Positions 28,392-40,106 of a stretch of 64,000 nucleotides of DNA are shown here, in pieces (the stretch's first letter is position 1; each line of letters begins with the position of its first letter). Both the position numbers and the translations under genes were made by a program. Origin of the DNA: Polyangiaceae bacterium (GTDB lineage: Bacteria > Myxococcota_A > Polyangia > Polyangiales > Polyangiaceae); NCBI GenBank assembly GCA_035063585.1, contig JAPSGB010000008.1, positions 245,294-309,293 on the forward strand, written 5' to 3'. The notes beneath the pieces were generated by a model that worked only from the letters and a program-made list of their open reading frames with translations, did not search any database and was not told the DNA's origin.

Positions 28392-28771
28392 ACGAGGCGC
28401 ACGCTCTCCTCGCCGGGCATGTGCCCGAGGCTCTGCCAGCCCGACAGCAGCCGCCCCCGCTCGGCCGCGTCGAGCGCGCCCGGGTGCGCCTCCGCGAGCG
28501 CCTTGGCGAGGCCGAGCCACAGATCGGCGGGGCGCGCGTCGCCGAGCGCGAGGTGGGTGAGCCCGCGATAGAGCGCGTAGCGCGCGCGCTCCCGAGCGGA
28601 CCAGCCCCGGCTCTCCGGCTCCAGTCGGCGGAGCTCGATGACCGCCTCCGGGTAGCGTGCGTCGCGGAACTCGTCGAGCGCGCCCGAGAGCGGCCCCGCG
28701 CAGCCCGAGAGCCAAGCGAGCGCGACGAGCGCCGCGGCGGAGCGCGGGCGCGGTGAGCTTTGCGACATCAC
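28364..28771 (-). CDS. Hypothetical helical (TPR-like) lipoprotein
   Basis: Lipobox LSGC and the RYALYRGLTHLALGD segment. Confidence 0.7.
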   Translation of the reverse strand: MMSQSSPRPRSAAALVALAWLSGCAGPLSGALDEFRDARYPEAVIELRRLEPESRGWSARERARYALYRGLTHLALGDARPADLWLGLAKALAEAHPGALDAAERGRLLSGWQSLGHMPGEESVRLVQRRIASGT

Positions 28772-28841
28772 CCCCCTGTCGGCGTCGAGGCCGCGGCGAT
28801 TGCGCGAATTCCTCCCGGTAGAGCCATGTTATTCTTTCATC

Positions 28842-29399
28842 ATGTTGGACCAAATCTCGTCAAACCTCGCGGACAACCTCCGGCGCCTCCGCGAGGAGCG
28901 CGGGCTCACCCAGCAAGCCCTCGCCGAGCTGTCCGGCGTGCCGCGGCCGACCCTCGCCCACCTCGAGTCGGGCGAAGCCAATCCCACCTTGGGCGTGATG
29001 CTCAAGGTGGCCGAGGCGCTCCGCGCGCGGGTGGAGTCGCTCATCGAGGCGCCGCGCCACGCCGCGACGCTCTACCGGGCGCGCAGCCTGCGGACCCACC
29101 AGCGCGGGCGCGCCGCGTTCCTCGAGCTCGCGGTCGGCGCGCCGCCCGGGGTCGCCTTCGAGCGGATCGAGCTCGCCCGCGGCGCGCGCGCCGCGACCGG
29201 GGAGCGCCTGCCGGGCACGCAGCAGTTCGTGGTCTGCGAGTCGGGCGCGCTCGAGCTCCGCGCCGGCGAGGAGTCCTGGCAGCTCCAGCCCGGTGACGTG
29301 CTCGCGCTCGGCCGCGGCGCGGAGCTCGGCCTCACGAACCGCGGGCGCGGGGCCACGGTCGCCTATAGCCTCGTGACGCCGGGGTCGCCGAGCGCCTGA
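28842..29399 (+). CDS. XRE-family transcriptional regulator with cupin domain
   Basis: Helix-turn-helix LRRLREERGLTQQALAELSGV...LESGEANPTL plus cupin LQPGDVL; TG-T-TATTCT 6 nt upstream. Confidence 0.9.
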   Translation: MLDQISSNLADNLRRLREERGLTQQALAELSGVPRPTLAHLESGEANPTLGVMLKVAEALRARVESLIEAPRHAATLYRARSLRTHQRGRAAFLELAVGAPPGVAFERIELARGARAATGERLPGTQQFVVCESGALELRAGEESWQLQPGDVLALGRGAELGLTNRGRGATVAYSLVTPGSPSA

Positions 29400-29510
29400 G
29401 CTCGCCCGGCGAGGGCGGGGGGTCGGGGAGGAGGGGATGTCGGTTCGGCGCGGAAAAGTCGCCGGCCGGCTTGCGCGGCGGTCGCCGCGAGAGTACCCCG
29501 GCGAGCCCCC

Positions 29511-31337
<1,827 letters not shown>

Positions 31338-31352
31338 CCGGCGGGCGCGCGC

Positions 31353-33044
31353 TCAGGCGCTCACCGCCTCGTCGGCGGTCGCCGGCGGGAGCGGGGCGAG
31401 CTTGCCGGAGCGCTCGAGCTCCCCGGCGATGCGGGTGAGCAGGCCGCGGGTCGCGTCCCTCCGGAGCGCGGTGGTGGTCACGAGCCCGGGGGCGACCTCG
31501 AGGAGCGCGCGTGCCTCGGGCGCCAGCAAGTCGACCTTGTTGAACACGACCACGCGCGGGAGCGTGTCGAGGCGGAGCTCGCGGAGCAGCCGCGCGGTCG
31601 TTTCCATGTGCTCCTCGTGCTCCGGGTCGGAGGCGTCCACTACCTCGAGGAGCAGATCGGCGTCCGCCGCCTCCTCGAAGGTGGCGCGGAACGCCGCGAA
31701 GAGCTCCTTCGGGAGCTCGCGGATGAACCCCACCGTGTCGGTCAGCACCACTTCTCGTCGCCCGGGCAGGCCGAGCCGCCGCGCGCGGGTGTCGAGGGTG
31801 GCGAAGAGCTTGTCCTCCGCGAGCACCCCGGCGTGGGTCAGCGTGTTGAGGAGGGTGCTCTTGCCGGCGTTGGTGTAGCCGACGATGGCGACCACCGGGG
31901 TCTCGCTCGCGCCGCGCCGGCGGCGACGCTCGGCGCGCTGCCGCTCGAGGGTCCGCAGCTCCTTCTCGAGGCGCGTCACCCGCTCGCGCGCGCGGCGCCG
32001 CCCGATCTCGAGCTTGGTCTCGCCAGGACCGCGGCCGCCGATCCCGCCGGTGAGGCGGCTGAGGGCGTCGTCGCGGAGCCCGAGGCGCGGCAGGGTGTAC
32101 TTGAGCTGCGCGAGCTCGACCTGGAGCTTGCCGTCGCGCGTCTCGGCGCGCTGAGCGAAGATGTCGAGGATGAGCTGAGAGCGATCGATGACCTTGAGAT
32201 CGGTGGTCGCCGCGATGCCGCTCACCTGCGCGGGGGTGAGGTCGCAGTCGAAGATGAGCGTCTCGACGTCGAGCTCGACCGCGCGCATCACTACCTCTTC
32301 GAGCTTGCCCTTGCCGAGCACCAGCTTCGGATCGATGCGGTCGCGGAGTTGGAGGACGCGATCGACCACTGCCACGCCAGCCGTCTCGGCGAGGCTCGCG
32401 AGCTCGGTGAGGCGCGCCTCCGCGCGCCGGCTCGCGCCCGGGACGCGCTTCTCGCCGACGTGCACCAGCATCGCGCGACCATCCTTCGCGCGGACCTCGT
32501 GGAGCCGCGCCTGTCGCGCGAATTCCGCCTCGAGCGAGCCGATGAGCGCACCGAAATCGGGCAGCTCGCGGCCCCACGGCAGCGGGCCGACCAGCTCGTA
32601 GGGGCGCGTCACGCTGCCGCCGAGCGGCACGTTGTACGCATAGGTCACGCTGCGCGGCTCCCCTCGCTCGTCGAGCAGGAGCGCCGCCACGAGATCCAGC
32701 CGGAGGCGCGTGAGATCGGTGAGATCATCGCGGGTGAGCGGCTCGCCGAAGAGGTGGGTGTGGATCAGCCGGAGCGCGCGGAAGCGCCCGCTCGCCGCCC
32801 GCAGGCGGCCGATGTCCGGCAGCATGAGCCCGGTCGCGGTCCCCACCATCACGGAGTCGATCTCGCCCGAGCGGTGCACCAGCGCGCCGACCTGGCGCTT
32901 GGTCTCGCGAGATGCCTCGGCGAGGGAGCGCGCGAGCTCCGGTGTCACCACCTCGTCGAGCGAGACGCGCCGGCGATAGATGCGCTCGAGCGATTTCAGC
33001 GCGCTCGGCGCGAGCCCCGCGGTGTTTCCGTAGACTTCCGGCAT
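31353..33044 (-). CDS. hflX: Ribosome-splitting GTPase HflX, long N-terminal form
   Basis: GPGETKLE, GYTNAGKST, LFATLD, DTVGFI and NKVD, with a roughly 190-aa N-terminal extension containing LIHTH. Confidence 0.95.
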   Translation of the reverse strand: MPEVYGNTAGLAPSALKSLERIYRRRVSLDEVVTPELARSLAEASRETKRQVGALVHRSGEIDSVMVGTATGLMLPDIGRLRAASGRFRALRLIHTHLFGEPLTRDDLTDLTRLRLDLVAALLLDERGEPRSVTYAYNVPLGGSVTRPYELVGPLPWGRELPDFGALIGSLEAEFARQARLHEVRAKDGRAMLVHVGEKRVPGASRRAEARLTELASLAETAGVAVVDRVLQLRDRIDPKLVLGKGKLEEVVMRAVELDVETLIFDCDLTPAQVSGIAATTDLKVIDRSQLILDIFAQRAETRDGKLQVELAQLKYTLPRLGLRDDALSRLTGGIGGRGPGETKLEIGRRRARERVTRLEKELRTLERQRAERRRRRGASETPVVAIVGYTNAGKSTLLNTLTHAGVLAEDKLFATLDTRARRLGLPGRREVVLTDTVGFIRELPKELFAAFRATFEEAADADLLLEVVDASDPEHEEHMETTARLLRELRLDTLPRVVVFNKVDLLAPEARALLEVAPGLVTTTALRRDATRGLLTRIAGELERSGKLAPLPPATADEAVSA

Positions 33045-33104
33045 GAGGGTGCGGCGCCCGAGCGCCGGCTCCGGAGAAGCTAACACCGGCTATAGTCCTC
33101 TGCC

Positions 33105-34052
33105 ATGGCGCTCCTCACGCCGATGACGCTCGACCAGGCCCGGCTCGCCGCTCGCCCGTTCGGGCTCGACCTCGCCGCGGTCGAGCCGCTCCGGGCCGGC
33201 TCGGTGAACTCGAACTTCCGGCTGACCGCGCGAGACGGCTCGCGATGGTTCGCGCGGCTCTACGAGGAGCAGGGACCCGAGGGCGCCGCCGCCGAGGTCG
33301 CGCTCGTACGCGCGCTCGCAGAGCGCGGCGTCCCGACTCCGGCGCCGCTCGAGCGGACCTCCGGCGGCGCCCTCGGCGCGCACGCGGGGCGCCCGCTCGC
33401 GATCTTCCCCTGGGTCGACGGCGAGCTCCTGTGTCAGGCGCGGGTCACCCGGGACGCGTGTGAGGCGGTGGGCGAGGCGCTCGCGCTCGTGCATCTCTCG
33501 GGCGTCGCCGCGCCGGGGGTCGGGCGCTTCACGAGCGCGGCTCTCGAGGCGCGCCTCGACCGCATCGAGCGCGACGCGCCGCCCGGGCTCGCCGAGGCTG
33601 CCGCCCCGATCCGCGCGGCGCTCCGGCGCTACTCGGCGGTGCGTGACCCGGCGCTCCCGCGCGGGCTCATCCACGGCGATCTGTTCCGGGACAACGTGCT
33701 CTGGCAGGGGGGGCGGGTCGCCGCGCTCATCGATTTCGAGAGCGCGGCGCAGGGCCCGCTCGCCTACGACCTGATGGTGACCTTGCTCGCCTGGTGTCGG
33801 GGCGCGCGCCTCGAGCCCGAGCTCATGCGCGCCTTGCTTCGCGGCTACCGCGCGCACCGCGAGCTCGACGCGCGCGAGCTCGCGGCCTTGCCGATCGAAG
33901 GCGCCATCGCCTGCCTCCGCTTCGCGACCACCCGTATCACCGATTTCGCGATGCGCGCGCCCCCCGGAGCGTCGCCGCTGCGCGACTACCGGAGGTTCCT
34001 CGGGCGGCTCGCGGAGCTCGAGGCGGGCGCGCTCGACGCGTTGCGCGCGTGA
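33105..34052 (+). CDS. thrB: Homoserine kinase type II (APH-like)
   Basis: GSVNSNF, LPRGLIHGDLFRDNV, IDF and LRFATTR. Confidence 0.85.
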   Translation: MALLTPMTLDQARLAARPFGLDLAAVEPLRAGSVNSNFRLTARDGSRWFARLYEEQGPEGAAAEVALVRALAERGVPTPAPLERTSGGALGAHAGRPLAIFPWVDGELLCQARVTRDACEAVGEALALVHLSGVAAPGVGRFTSAALEARLDRIERDAPPGLAEAAAPIRAALRRYSAVRDPALPRGLIHGDLFRDNVLWQGGRVAALIDFESAAQGPLAYDLMVTLLAWCRGARLEPELMRALLRGYRAHRELDARELAALPIEGAIACLRFATTRITDFAMRAPPGASPLRDYRRFLGRLAELEAGALDALRA

Positions 34053-34142
34053 CGAGCCGAGGCTAGCGTTCCTGCGCGAGGCGCGCCGGCGCGCGAGCGG
34101 CGAGCGGGCCGCTACGGCCGGGCCTCGGAAAGGAAGTCGCGA

Positions 34143-35036
34143 GTGGCCCGAGTAGCTGAGCTGGACTTCGAGGGGTTCGTCCGACGGCGGGCGTCGGGAC
34201 GGTCGGGCGAGCTCGCCGACGACGCGCACGCGTACGCGTACGCCGCGGATCGAGCCACCCGCGCGACCTTCGAGCGGCTGAAGCCGGTGGAGCTCGCGGT
34301 CGCGGCCGGGGTGCGCGCGTTCCAGCACGTCGGGCGCGCGAAGCTGCTCGGTAACGCGGTGCGGGTCGGGCCGCGCCAGTTCCCACGGGTCGATGCGATC
34401 GCCGGGAGCTGCGCCAAGACGCTCGGCATCGCGCCGCCGACGCTCTACGTCGTGAACAGCCCTCAGCTCAACGCCGGGACGTATGGGACGAACCAGGAGT
34501 CTTTCATGCTCCTCAACTCGGCGCTCATCGATCACTTCTCCGACGAGGAGCTCGCCAGCGTCGTCGGACACGAGTGCGGACACATCCACAACAGCCATGT
34601 CGTCTACCTGACCGCGCTCCACTACCTCACGCGCACCGCGAGCCTGTTCGTTCGCGGGCTCGCGCTCCCGGCGGTGCTCGCGCTCCAGGCGTGGTCGCGG
34701 CGCGCCGAGATCACCAGCGACCGCGCCGCCGCGCTCTGCGCGGGTAACATCGAGACGCCGGTGCGGGCCCTCGCCAAGCTCGCGCTCGGCTCGAAGAAGC
34801 TCTACGAGGAGCTCGATCTCGATGAGTTCGTGACGCAGGGCGCCGACGTGAAGGGTAACTTTGGTCGCTTCGGGGAGCTCTTCGACACGCACCCTTGGCT
34901 GGTAAAGCGTGTGCTCGCGCTCCGCGCGTTCGGTGAGAGCGCCCTCTTCCGCGCTGCGGCCGGGCTCGGCGAGGGCGGGCTCCCGATGGCGGCGGTCGAC
35001 GAGAACGTCCACGAGCTCATCAAGGTGGTGGGGTGA
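34143..35036 (+). CDS. M48-family zinc metallopeptidase
   Basis: LNAGTYG, HECGH (HExxH), AEITSDR (third zinc ligand) and THP...R. Confidence 0.9.
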   Translation: MARVAELDFEGFVRRRASGRSGELADDAHAYAYAADRATRATFERLKPVELAVAAGVRAFQHVGRAKLLGNAVRVGPRQFPRVDAIAGSCAKTLGIAPPTLYVVNSPQLNAGTYGTNQESFMLLNSALIDHFSDEELASVVGHECGHIHNSHVVYLTALHYLTRTASLFVRGLALPAVLALQAWSRRAEITSDRAAALCAGNIETPVRALAKLALGSKKLYEELDLDEFVTQGADVKGNFGRFGELFDTHPWLVKRVLALRAFGESALFRAAAGLGEGGLPMAAVDENVHELIKVVG

Positions 35037-36811
35037 CCGCCATGCTCCAGGCCTTCGCGGAGCAGCGCGCGGAGGTCACGCGCGCGCTCGACGACCTCGT
35101 CCAGGTGGCCCGCGACATCGGCGCGACCGCGCTCGCCGACCGGCTCGGTCGCGACGTGGTGGCCAAGCTCGCCGCGAATCGCTTCCACTTGGTGGTGGTC
35201 GGCGAGTTCAACCACGGCAAGACGAGCTTCGTGAACGCGCTCCTCGGCGAGGCGCTCCTGCCGGTCGGCGTCACCCCGACCACGTCCGTCATTCACCACC
35301 TCGTGTACGCGGCCGAGCCCACCGCCAAGGTCGTGCTCGCCGACGGAGGCGAGGTGCCGCTTCCCTTCGAGGAGGTGCGCGCGTTCGCGGCGGGCGGCGC
35401 CCGCTCCTCGAGCGAGGTCGCGTTCCTCGAGATCGGCGTCCGGTCGGAGCTCTTGCGCGAGCGTATCGTGCTGGTCGACACCCCAGGCGTGAACGACCTC
35501 TCGCTCACCCGCGCCGAGATCACCTACGGCTACATCCCGCGCGCGGACGCGGTCCTCTTCATGCTCGACGCCGGACAGCCGGTGAAGGAGAGCGAGCGGC
35601 AATTCCTCGAGGAGCAGGTGATCGGGCAGTCGCGCGACAAGATCCTGTTCGTGGTGGCGAAGACCGACATCTGGACGCCAGCCGAGCGGGACGAGGCGGT
35701 CGCCTACATCCGCGAGCGGCTCGCGGCGGTGATCCGGGGGCCAGCCGTGTTCCCGGTGAGCGCGCACGCGGCGCTCGAGGGACGAGGCGGCGAGAGCGGC
35801 TTCGACGCGCTCCGCGAGTATCTGACCCGCTTTCTGGCCGAGGAGCGGGGCCGCCTGGTGCTCACCAACGCGCTCGGAGAGGGGCTCACGGCGCGCGACG
35901 TGCTCGCGCGCGGGCTCGACGCGCGCCGTCGCGCCGCGCACCTGACCACCCTGCAGCTGGACAAGCGGCTCGAGCTCCTCGAGCGCGATCTCTCCGGCCA
36001 CGCCGGCACCATCGAGCAGCGCCGGCTCGAGATCCGCGAACAGGCCGGCGCCATCAAGGCGTGGGCGCGGCGCGATCTCGATCACTTCTGCGACGATGTC
36101 ATCACCCAGCTCCCCGGGCTGGTCGAGCGCGCGAGCGGGGACGACCTGCGGCAGCACCTCGGGGATTTCCTCGAGCAGTCGTTCCGCGACTGGGCGCGCC
36201 GCGAGAGCGGCGAGCTCGCGACCTCGCTCGAGCAACTCGCCGAGCGCATGGTGGCGCTCTTGCGAGAGGACGCCCACGACGCTGCCGGACGGCTCGGGGA
36301 GACCATGGGCGCGGAGCTGTCCCCGCCGCGGATCGAGGTCGACACCTTCGCCGCGGACGTCGGGGTGTTCGCGGTCCTCGCGGTGGGGCTCGGCGTGGTG
36401 CTCACGAACCTCTTGCTCGGCGGTATCCTGGTCGCCGCCGCGTCTTCCCTGGCGCTGTGGAGCCGCGGTCGAACCGACCTGGCGATGCGCAGGCGCGCGC
36501 TCGAGCTCGCGCCGGGCGCGCTGCGCGACGCCGCGGCCAAGGTGGCCCCGAAGATCGACGAGCTGGTCGAGCGCTTCGCGGCGCGGCTCGACGAGTGGGT
36601 GGTGAGCGCGGGTCAGGAGCTCCACCGCGAGATCATCGAGGTGCTCGGCGAGGTGCGGCGTGAGCGCGCTGCGAGCGCCTCGAGCAGCGAGGCGGAGCTC
36701 GACCGGGCCGACGGACTCGGGGCGCGTCTCGACGCGGTGGGCGCGCGCCTCGACGCGCTCCGCCGAGGCCTCGACCAGCGCGCTCCGGAGCGCGCGGCCG
36801 AGCCGCGCTGA
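35033..36811 (+). CDS. Bacterial dynamin-like GTPase (BDLP/DynA type)
   Basis: G1 GEFNHGKT, G2 PTT, G3 DTPG, G4 AKTD, a long helical stalk and a hydrophobic paddle VGVFAVLAVGLGVVLTNLLLGGILVAAA; GTGA overlap with the M48 gene (alternative ATG 35042). Confidence 0.9.
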   Translation: MTAMLQAFAEQRAEVTRALDDLVQVARDIGATALADRLGRDVVAKLAANRFHLVVVGEFNHGKTSFVNALLGEALLPVGVTPTTSVIHHLVYAAEPTAKVVLADGGEVPLPFEEVRAFAAGGARSSSEVAFLEIGVRSELLRERIVLVDTPGVNDLSLTRAEITYGYIPRADAVLFMLDAGQPVKESERQFLEEQVIGQSRDKILFVVAKTDIWTPAERDEAVAYIRERLAAVIRGPAVFPVSAHAALEGRGGESGFDALREYLTRFLAEERGRLVLTNALGEGLTARDVLARGLDARRRAAHLTTLQLDKRLELLERDLSGHAGTIEQRRLEIREQAGAIKAWARRDLDHFCDDVITQLPGLVERASGDDLRQHLGDFLEQSFRDWARRESGELATSLEQLAERMVALLREDAHDAAGRLGETMGAELSPPRIEVDTFAADVGVFAVLAVGLGVVLTNLLLGGILVAAASSLALWSRGRTDLAMRRRALELAPGALRDAAAKVAPKIDELVERFAARLDEWVVSAGQELHREIIEVLGEVRRERAASASSSEAELDRADGLGARLDAVGARLDALRRGLDQRAPERAAEPR

Positions 36812-36855
36812 CTCGCGCCGCCCCGGCCCCAGCATTCGCGTGTATAACCGCGCTC

Positions 36856-38241
36856 ATGAGCGTGGCCAGAGGCGGGCGACTGCCCGACGCCGTCGATCGG
36901 GCGATGCAGGAGCTAAACCAGTCGGTGGAGCTCGATCGAGCGCTCTGGCGCGAGGACATCCGCGGCTCGGTGGCTCACGCGCGCGGGCTCGCGCGGGCCG
37001 GCGTGATCTCGAGCGAGGACGCCGCGCGCATCGTCGAGGGGCTCGAGGCCGTAGAGGAGGAGATCGAGCGGGGCGCGTTTCGCTGGGATCCCGTGAAGGA
37101 GGATGTCCACATGAACATCGAGGCGCGCCTGGTGGAGCTGGTCGGGCCGGTCGGCGGCAAGCTCCACACCGGCCGCTCGCGCAACGACCAGGTCGCGACC
37201 GATCTCCGCCTCTGGACGCGCGGCAAGCTCGACGAGACGCTCCTCGCGGTGAGCGAGCTCGCGCGCGTGCTCCTCGAGCGCGCGCGCGAGGAGCTCGACG
37301 TGCTCATGCCTGCGTACACCCACCTGCAGCGCGCGCAGCCGAGCCGGCTCAGCCACCACCTGATGGCGTGGCAGGAGCTCGTCTGGCGCGATCGCGGGCG
37401 GCTACTCGACGCGCGTGCCCGCCTCGACGAGTGCCCGCTCGGCGCGGGCGCGGTCGCCGGGAGCGGGTTCCCGCTCGACCGGGCCGGGGTAGCCGCGGAG
37501 CTCGGGTTCGCCGGGCCCACGCGCAACTCGCTGGACGCGACCGCCAGCCGTGATTTCCTGATGGAAGCGGCGTCGGCGCTCGCCATCCTCGGGGTGCACC
37601 TGTCGCGGATCGGCGAGGAGATCGTGCTCTGGTCGAGCGCGGAGTTCGGGTTCATGGCGCTCGACGACCGGTTCTCGACCAGCTCGAGCATGATGCCCCA
37701 GAAGAAGAACCCGGACGTCGCCGAGCTCGTGCGCGGCAAGGCGGCGCGCGCCATCGGCAGCGTGACCGCGCTCCTCGTGCTCGAGAAGAGCCTCGCCTTC
37801 GGCTACGGGCGCGACCTGCAGGAGGACAAGCGACCCATCTTCGACGCCTTCGAGGGCGCGCTCCTCTCGCTCGCGGCGCTCACCGGCGCCATCGCGACCG
37901 CGCGCTTCGACCGGGCGCGGCTGCTCCGCGCGCTGGGCGGTGGCCACGTGTGCGCTACCGATCTCGCTGATTTCCTGGTGCTCGCGGGGCTCCCGTTCCG
38001 CGACGCGCATCACGTGGTCGGTGGGCTGGTGCGGGAGGCCGAGGCGCGCGGCGTCGAGCTCGGCGAGCTCCCGCCCGAGCTGCTCTCGCAGGCGCACCCC
38101 GCGCTCGCGGGCGCGGAGCTCCGCTCGGTGCTCGATCCGGAGGCCGCGGTCGAGCGGCGCGACGTGGTGGGCGGCCCGGCGCGCCGGCGCGTGCTCGAGG
38201 CGCTCGCCGACGCGCGCGCGCGCTGGGGTCATGGTCCGTAG
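36856..38241 (+). CDS. argH: Argininosuccinate lyase
   Basis: EDVHMNIE, HTGRSRNDQ, YTHLQRAQP and SSMMPQKKNPD. Confidence 0.97.
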   Translation: MSVARGGRLPDAVDRAMQELNQSVELDRALWREDIRGSVAHARGLARAGVISSEDAARIVEGLEAVEEEIERGAFRWDPVKEDVHMNIEARLVELVGPVGGKLHTGRSRNDQVATDLRLWTRGKLDETLLAVSELARVLLERAREELDVLMPAYTHLQRAQPSRLSHHLMAWQELVWRDRGRLLDARARLDECPLGAGAVAGSGFPLDRAGVAAELGFAGPTRNSLDATASRDFLMEAASALAILGVHLSRIGEEIVLWSSAEFGFMALDDRFSTSSSMMPQKKNPDVAELVRGKAARAIGSVTALLVLEKSLAFGYGRDLQEDKRPIFDAFEGALLSLAALTGAIATARFDRARLLRALGGGHVCATDLADFLVLAGLPFRDAHHVVGGLVREAEARGVELGELPPELLSQAHPALAGAELRSVLDPEAAVERRDVVGGPARRRVLEALADARARWGHGP

Positions 38242-39245
38242 AAGCGGAAGGTCGTCGCCGGCGCCGCGTCGTGAGCGAACACGCCCGCCTGCCACATCAC
38301 GAAGCCGGTCGCGGCGGTGACGCCCACTCCGGCGATGAGGGCGGTGGCCCAGCCGGGCCATCCGGACTCTGCGCGCGGCTGCGGCGGACCCGCATAGAAC
38401 CCGCCGTCGCTGGCGCGCCACTCGATGGGCGGCCCGCAGCGCGCTTCGCCGCAGATGGCGATGAGGATCGCGCCGCCCGGGGCCTCGCGGGCGAGCGCCC
38501 AGCGCGGGCAGCGCGCGCCCGGCGGCGGCGAGGCGCGGCTCGCGTCGAGTCGCGCGGCGCGAAGCTCGGTGAGGGTGCACGGCGCGAGCGGTGGGACGTC
38601 GAGCCGCACGCTCGCGCTGGAGCGCGCCACGGTGACCCAGCCGGCCCAGAGCGCTCGCCCGTCGCGGACCACGCGCGCGTGGTGGGGCCCGGGCGCCGCG
38701 CTCACCTCGCGCGCGCTCTCGCGGCCGTCCCAGTAGACGACGTCTCCGGGGGAGAGGCCGCGGAGCTCGAGCCGCTCGGGTTCGAGCCGAGGCTCACCCC
38801 GGGCGCGCTCCGCCGGCGCGCCGTAAGCGGCCGCGCGGGCGCCCTCGAGGGAGTCGGCCTGCGACGAGAGCGCGCGGGCCTGGTCCGCGTCGCCCTCGGC
38901 GAGGGCCGCCGAGGCCGCGGTGCGGAGCCACTCCGCCATCAAGAAGGCGGACTCGGGGAGCTCCGGGTGCGCGTCGAGGAGCTGGCGCGCCTCGCCGAGG
39001 CGGGCGCGGGCGCTCGCCGCGTCGAGCGCCGCGACCGCGATGGCAGCCGCGTCGAGGAGCGCGTCGGCGTGCCCGGAGAGCGTCGCGTCATAGGGGAGCG
39101 GCGGGCTCGGATCGGGGGCGGGCGGCGCGAACCGGACGAGGTGCGCCCGCGCGTAGCTCGCGAGCGCCGCTCGCTGGGCGTGGCCCGCCGGCGCGGCGCC
39201 CACCGGCGCGGCGCCGAGAAAGAAGAGAACCAGCGTGGCGCCCAT
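38229..39245 (-). CDS. Hypothetical exported protein with PEGA-like segment and C-terminal hydrophobic helix
   Basis: Signal-like N-terminus from ATG 39245, VYWDGR...PGPHHARV segment and a C-terminal TM helix. Confidence 0.65.
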   Translation of the reverse strand: MGATLVLFFLGAAPVGAAPAGHAQRAALASYARAHLVRFAPPAPDPSPPLPYDATLSGHADALLDAAAIAVAALDAASARARLGEARQLLDAHPELPESAFLMAEWLRTAASAALAEGDADQARALSSQADSLEGARAAAYGAPAERARGEPRLEPERLELRGLSPGDVVYWDGRESAREVSAAPGPHHARVVRDGRALWAGWVTVARSSASVRLDVPPLAPCTLTELRAARLDASRASPPPGARCPRWALAREAPGGAILIAICGEARCGPPIEWRASDGGFYAGPPQPRAESGWPGWATALIAGVGVTAATGFVMWQAGVFAHDAAPATTFRFYGP

Positions 39246-39377
39246 CGGTGCCGGGGATTCTACTTCGCCGCCGGCCTCGGATAGCCGAAAAGCTGGTAGT
39301 ATGGGCTGGTTCGAGCTTGGTGAAGCTGCGAAGGCTTTGCTATCGTAGCTGGTCGACCCCGCGCGGAAGGACAGAGA

Positions 39378-40106
39378 TTGCAGCTCGATTTCGCCGCACG
39401 CGAGCTCACCATCAAGCTCGTCTATTACGGGCCGGCGCTCAGCGGGAAGACGTCCAACCTGCAGGCGCTCCACCGGCTGGCCGATCCCGGCTCCACCGGC
39501 CGGCTGATGACGCTCGAGACGCGCGACGATCGCACGCTCTTTTTCGACCTGTTGCCGCTCACCTTCAAGAGCGCGGGGGGCCTGTCCATCCGCCTCAAGG
39601 TATTCACGGTCCCCGGACAGGTGATCCACGCCTCGACCCGGCGCCTCGTGCTCCAAGGCGCCGACGGCGTCGCGTTCATCGCCGACTCGCGGGCCACCGA
39701 GACGGACCACAACGCCGAGTCCTTCATGGACCTGAAGGAGAACCTGAAGGCGCACGGGCTGAGCCTCCGGCAGATGCCGCTCGTCATCCAGTTCAACAAG
39801 CGGGATCTCTCCGGCATCCGCAGCGACGAAGAGATCGCCGGGCTCGCCGCGCAAGGCCGCGAGCCGACCTACCTCGCCATCGCGACCCGTGGTCAAGGGG
39901 TCGTGGAGACCTTCATCGGGCTCCTCCACCTCACCTATGGCGCGCTCGACGCGGAGCACGATCTCGGGAAGAAGTTCGGGTTCGACGCCGACGAGCTGCT
40001 CGCGCAGGTGGCGCGAGGGCTCGGCTCGGAGCGGCTCGTCGCGGAGCTCCTGGCGGCGTGCGTGGGCGGCGCGCTCGACGTGCTCCGGCCCGAGGTGAGC
40101 TCATGA
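39378..40106 (+). CDS. MglA/SofG-like small Ras-family GTPase
   Basis: KLVYYGPALSGKT, DRTLFFDLLP, TVPGQ, GADGVAFIADS and NKRD, with a roughly 50-aa C-terminal extension; TTG start. Confidence 0.92.
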   Translation: MQLDFAARELTIKLVYYGPALSGKTSNLQALHRLADPGSTGRLMTLETRDDRTLFFDLLPLTFKSAGGLSIRLKVFTVPGQVIHASTRRLVLQGADGVAFIADSRATETDHNAESFMDLKENLKAHGLSLRQMPLVIQFNKRDLSGIRSDEEIAGLAAQGREPTYLAIATRGQGVVETFIGLLHLTYGALDAEHDLGKKFGFDADELLAQVARGLGSERLVAELLAACVGGALDVLRPEVSS

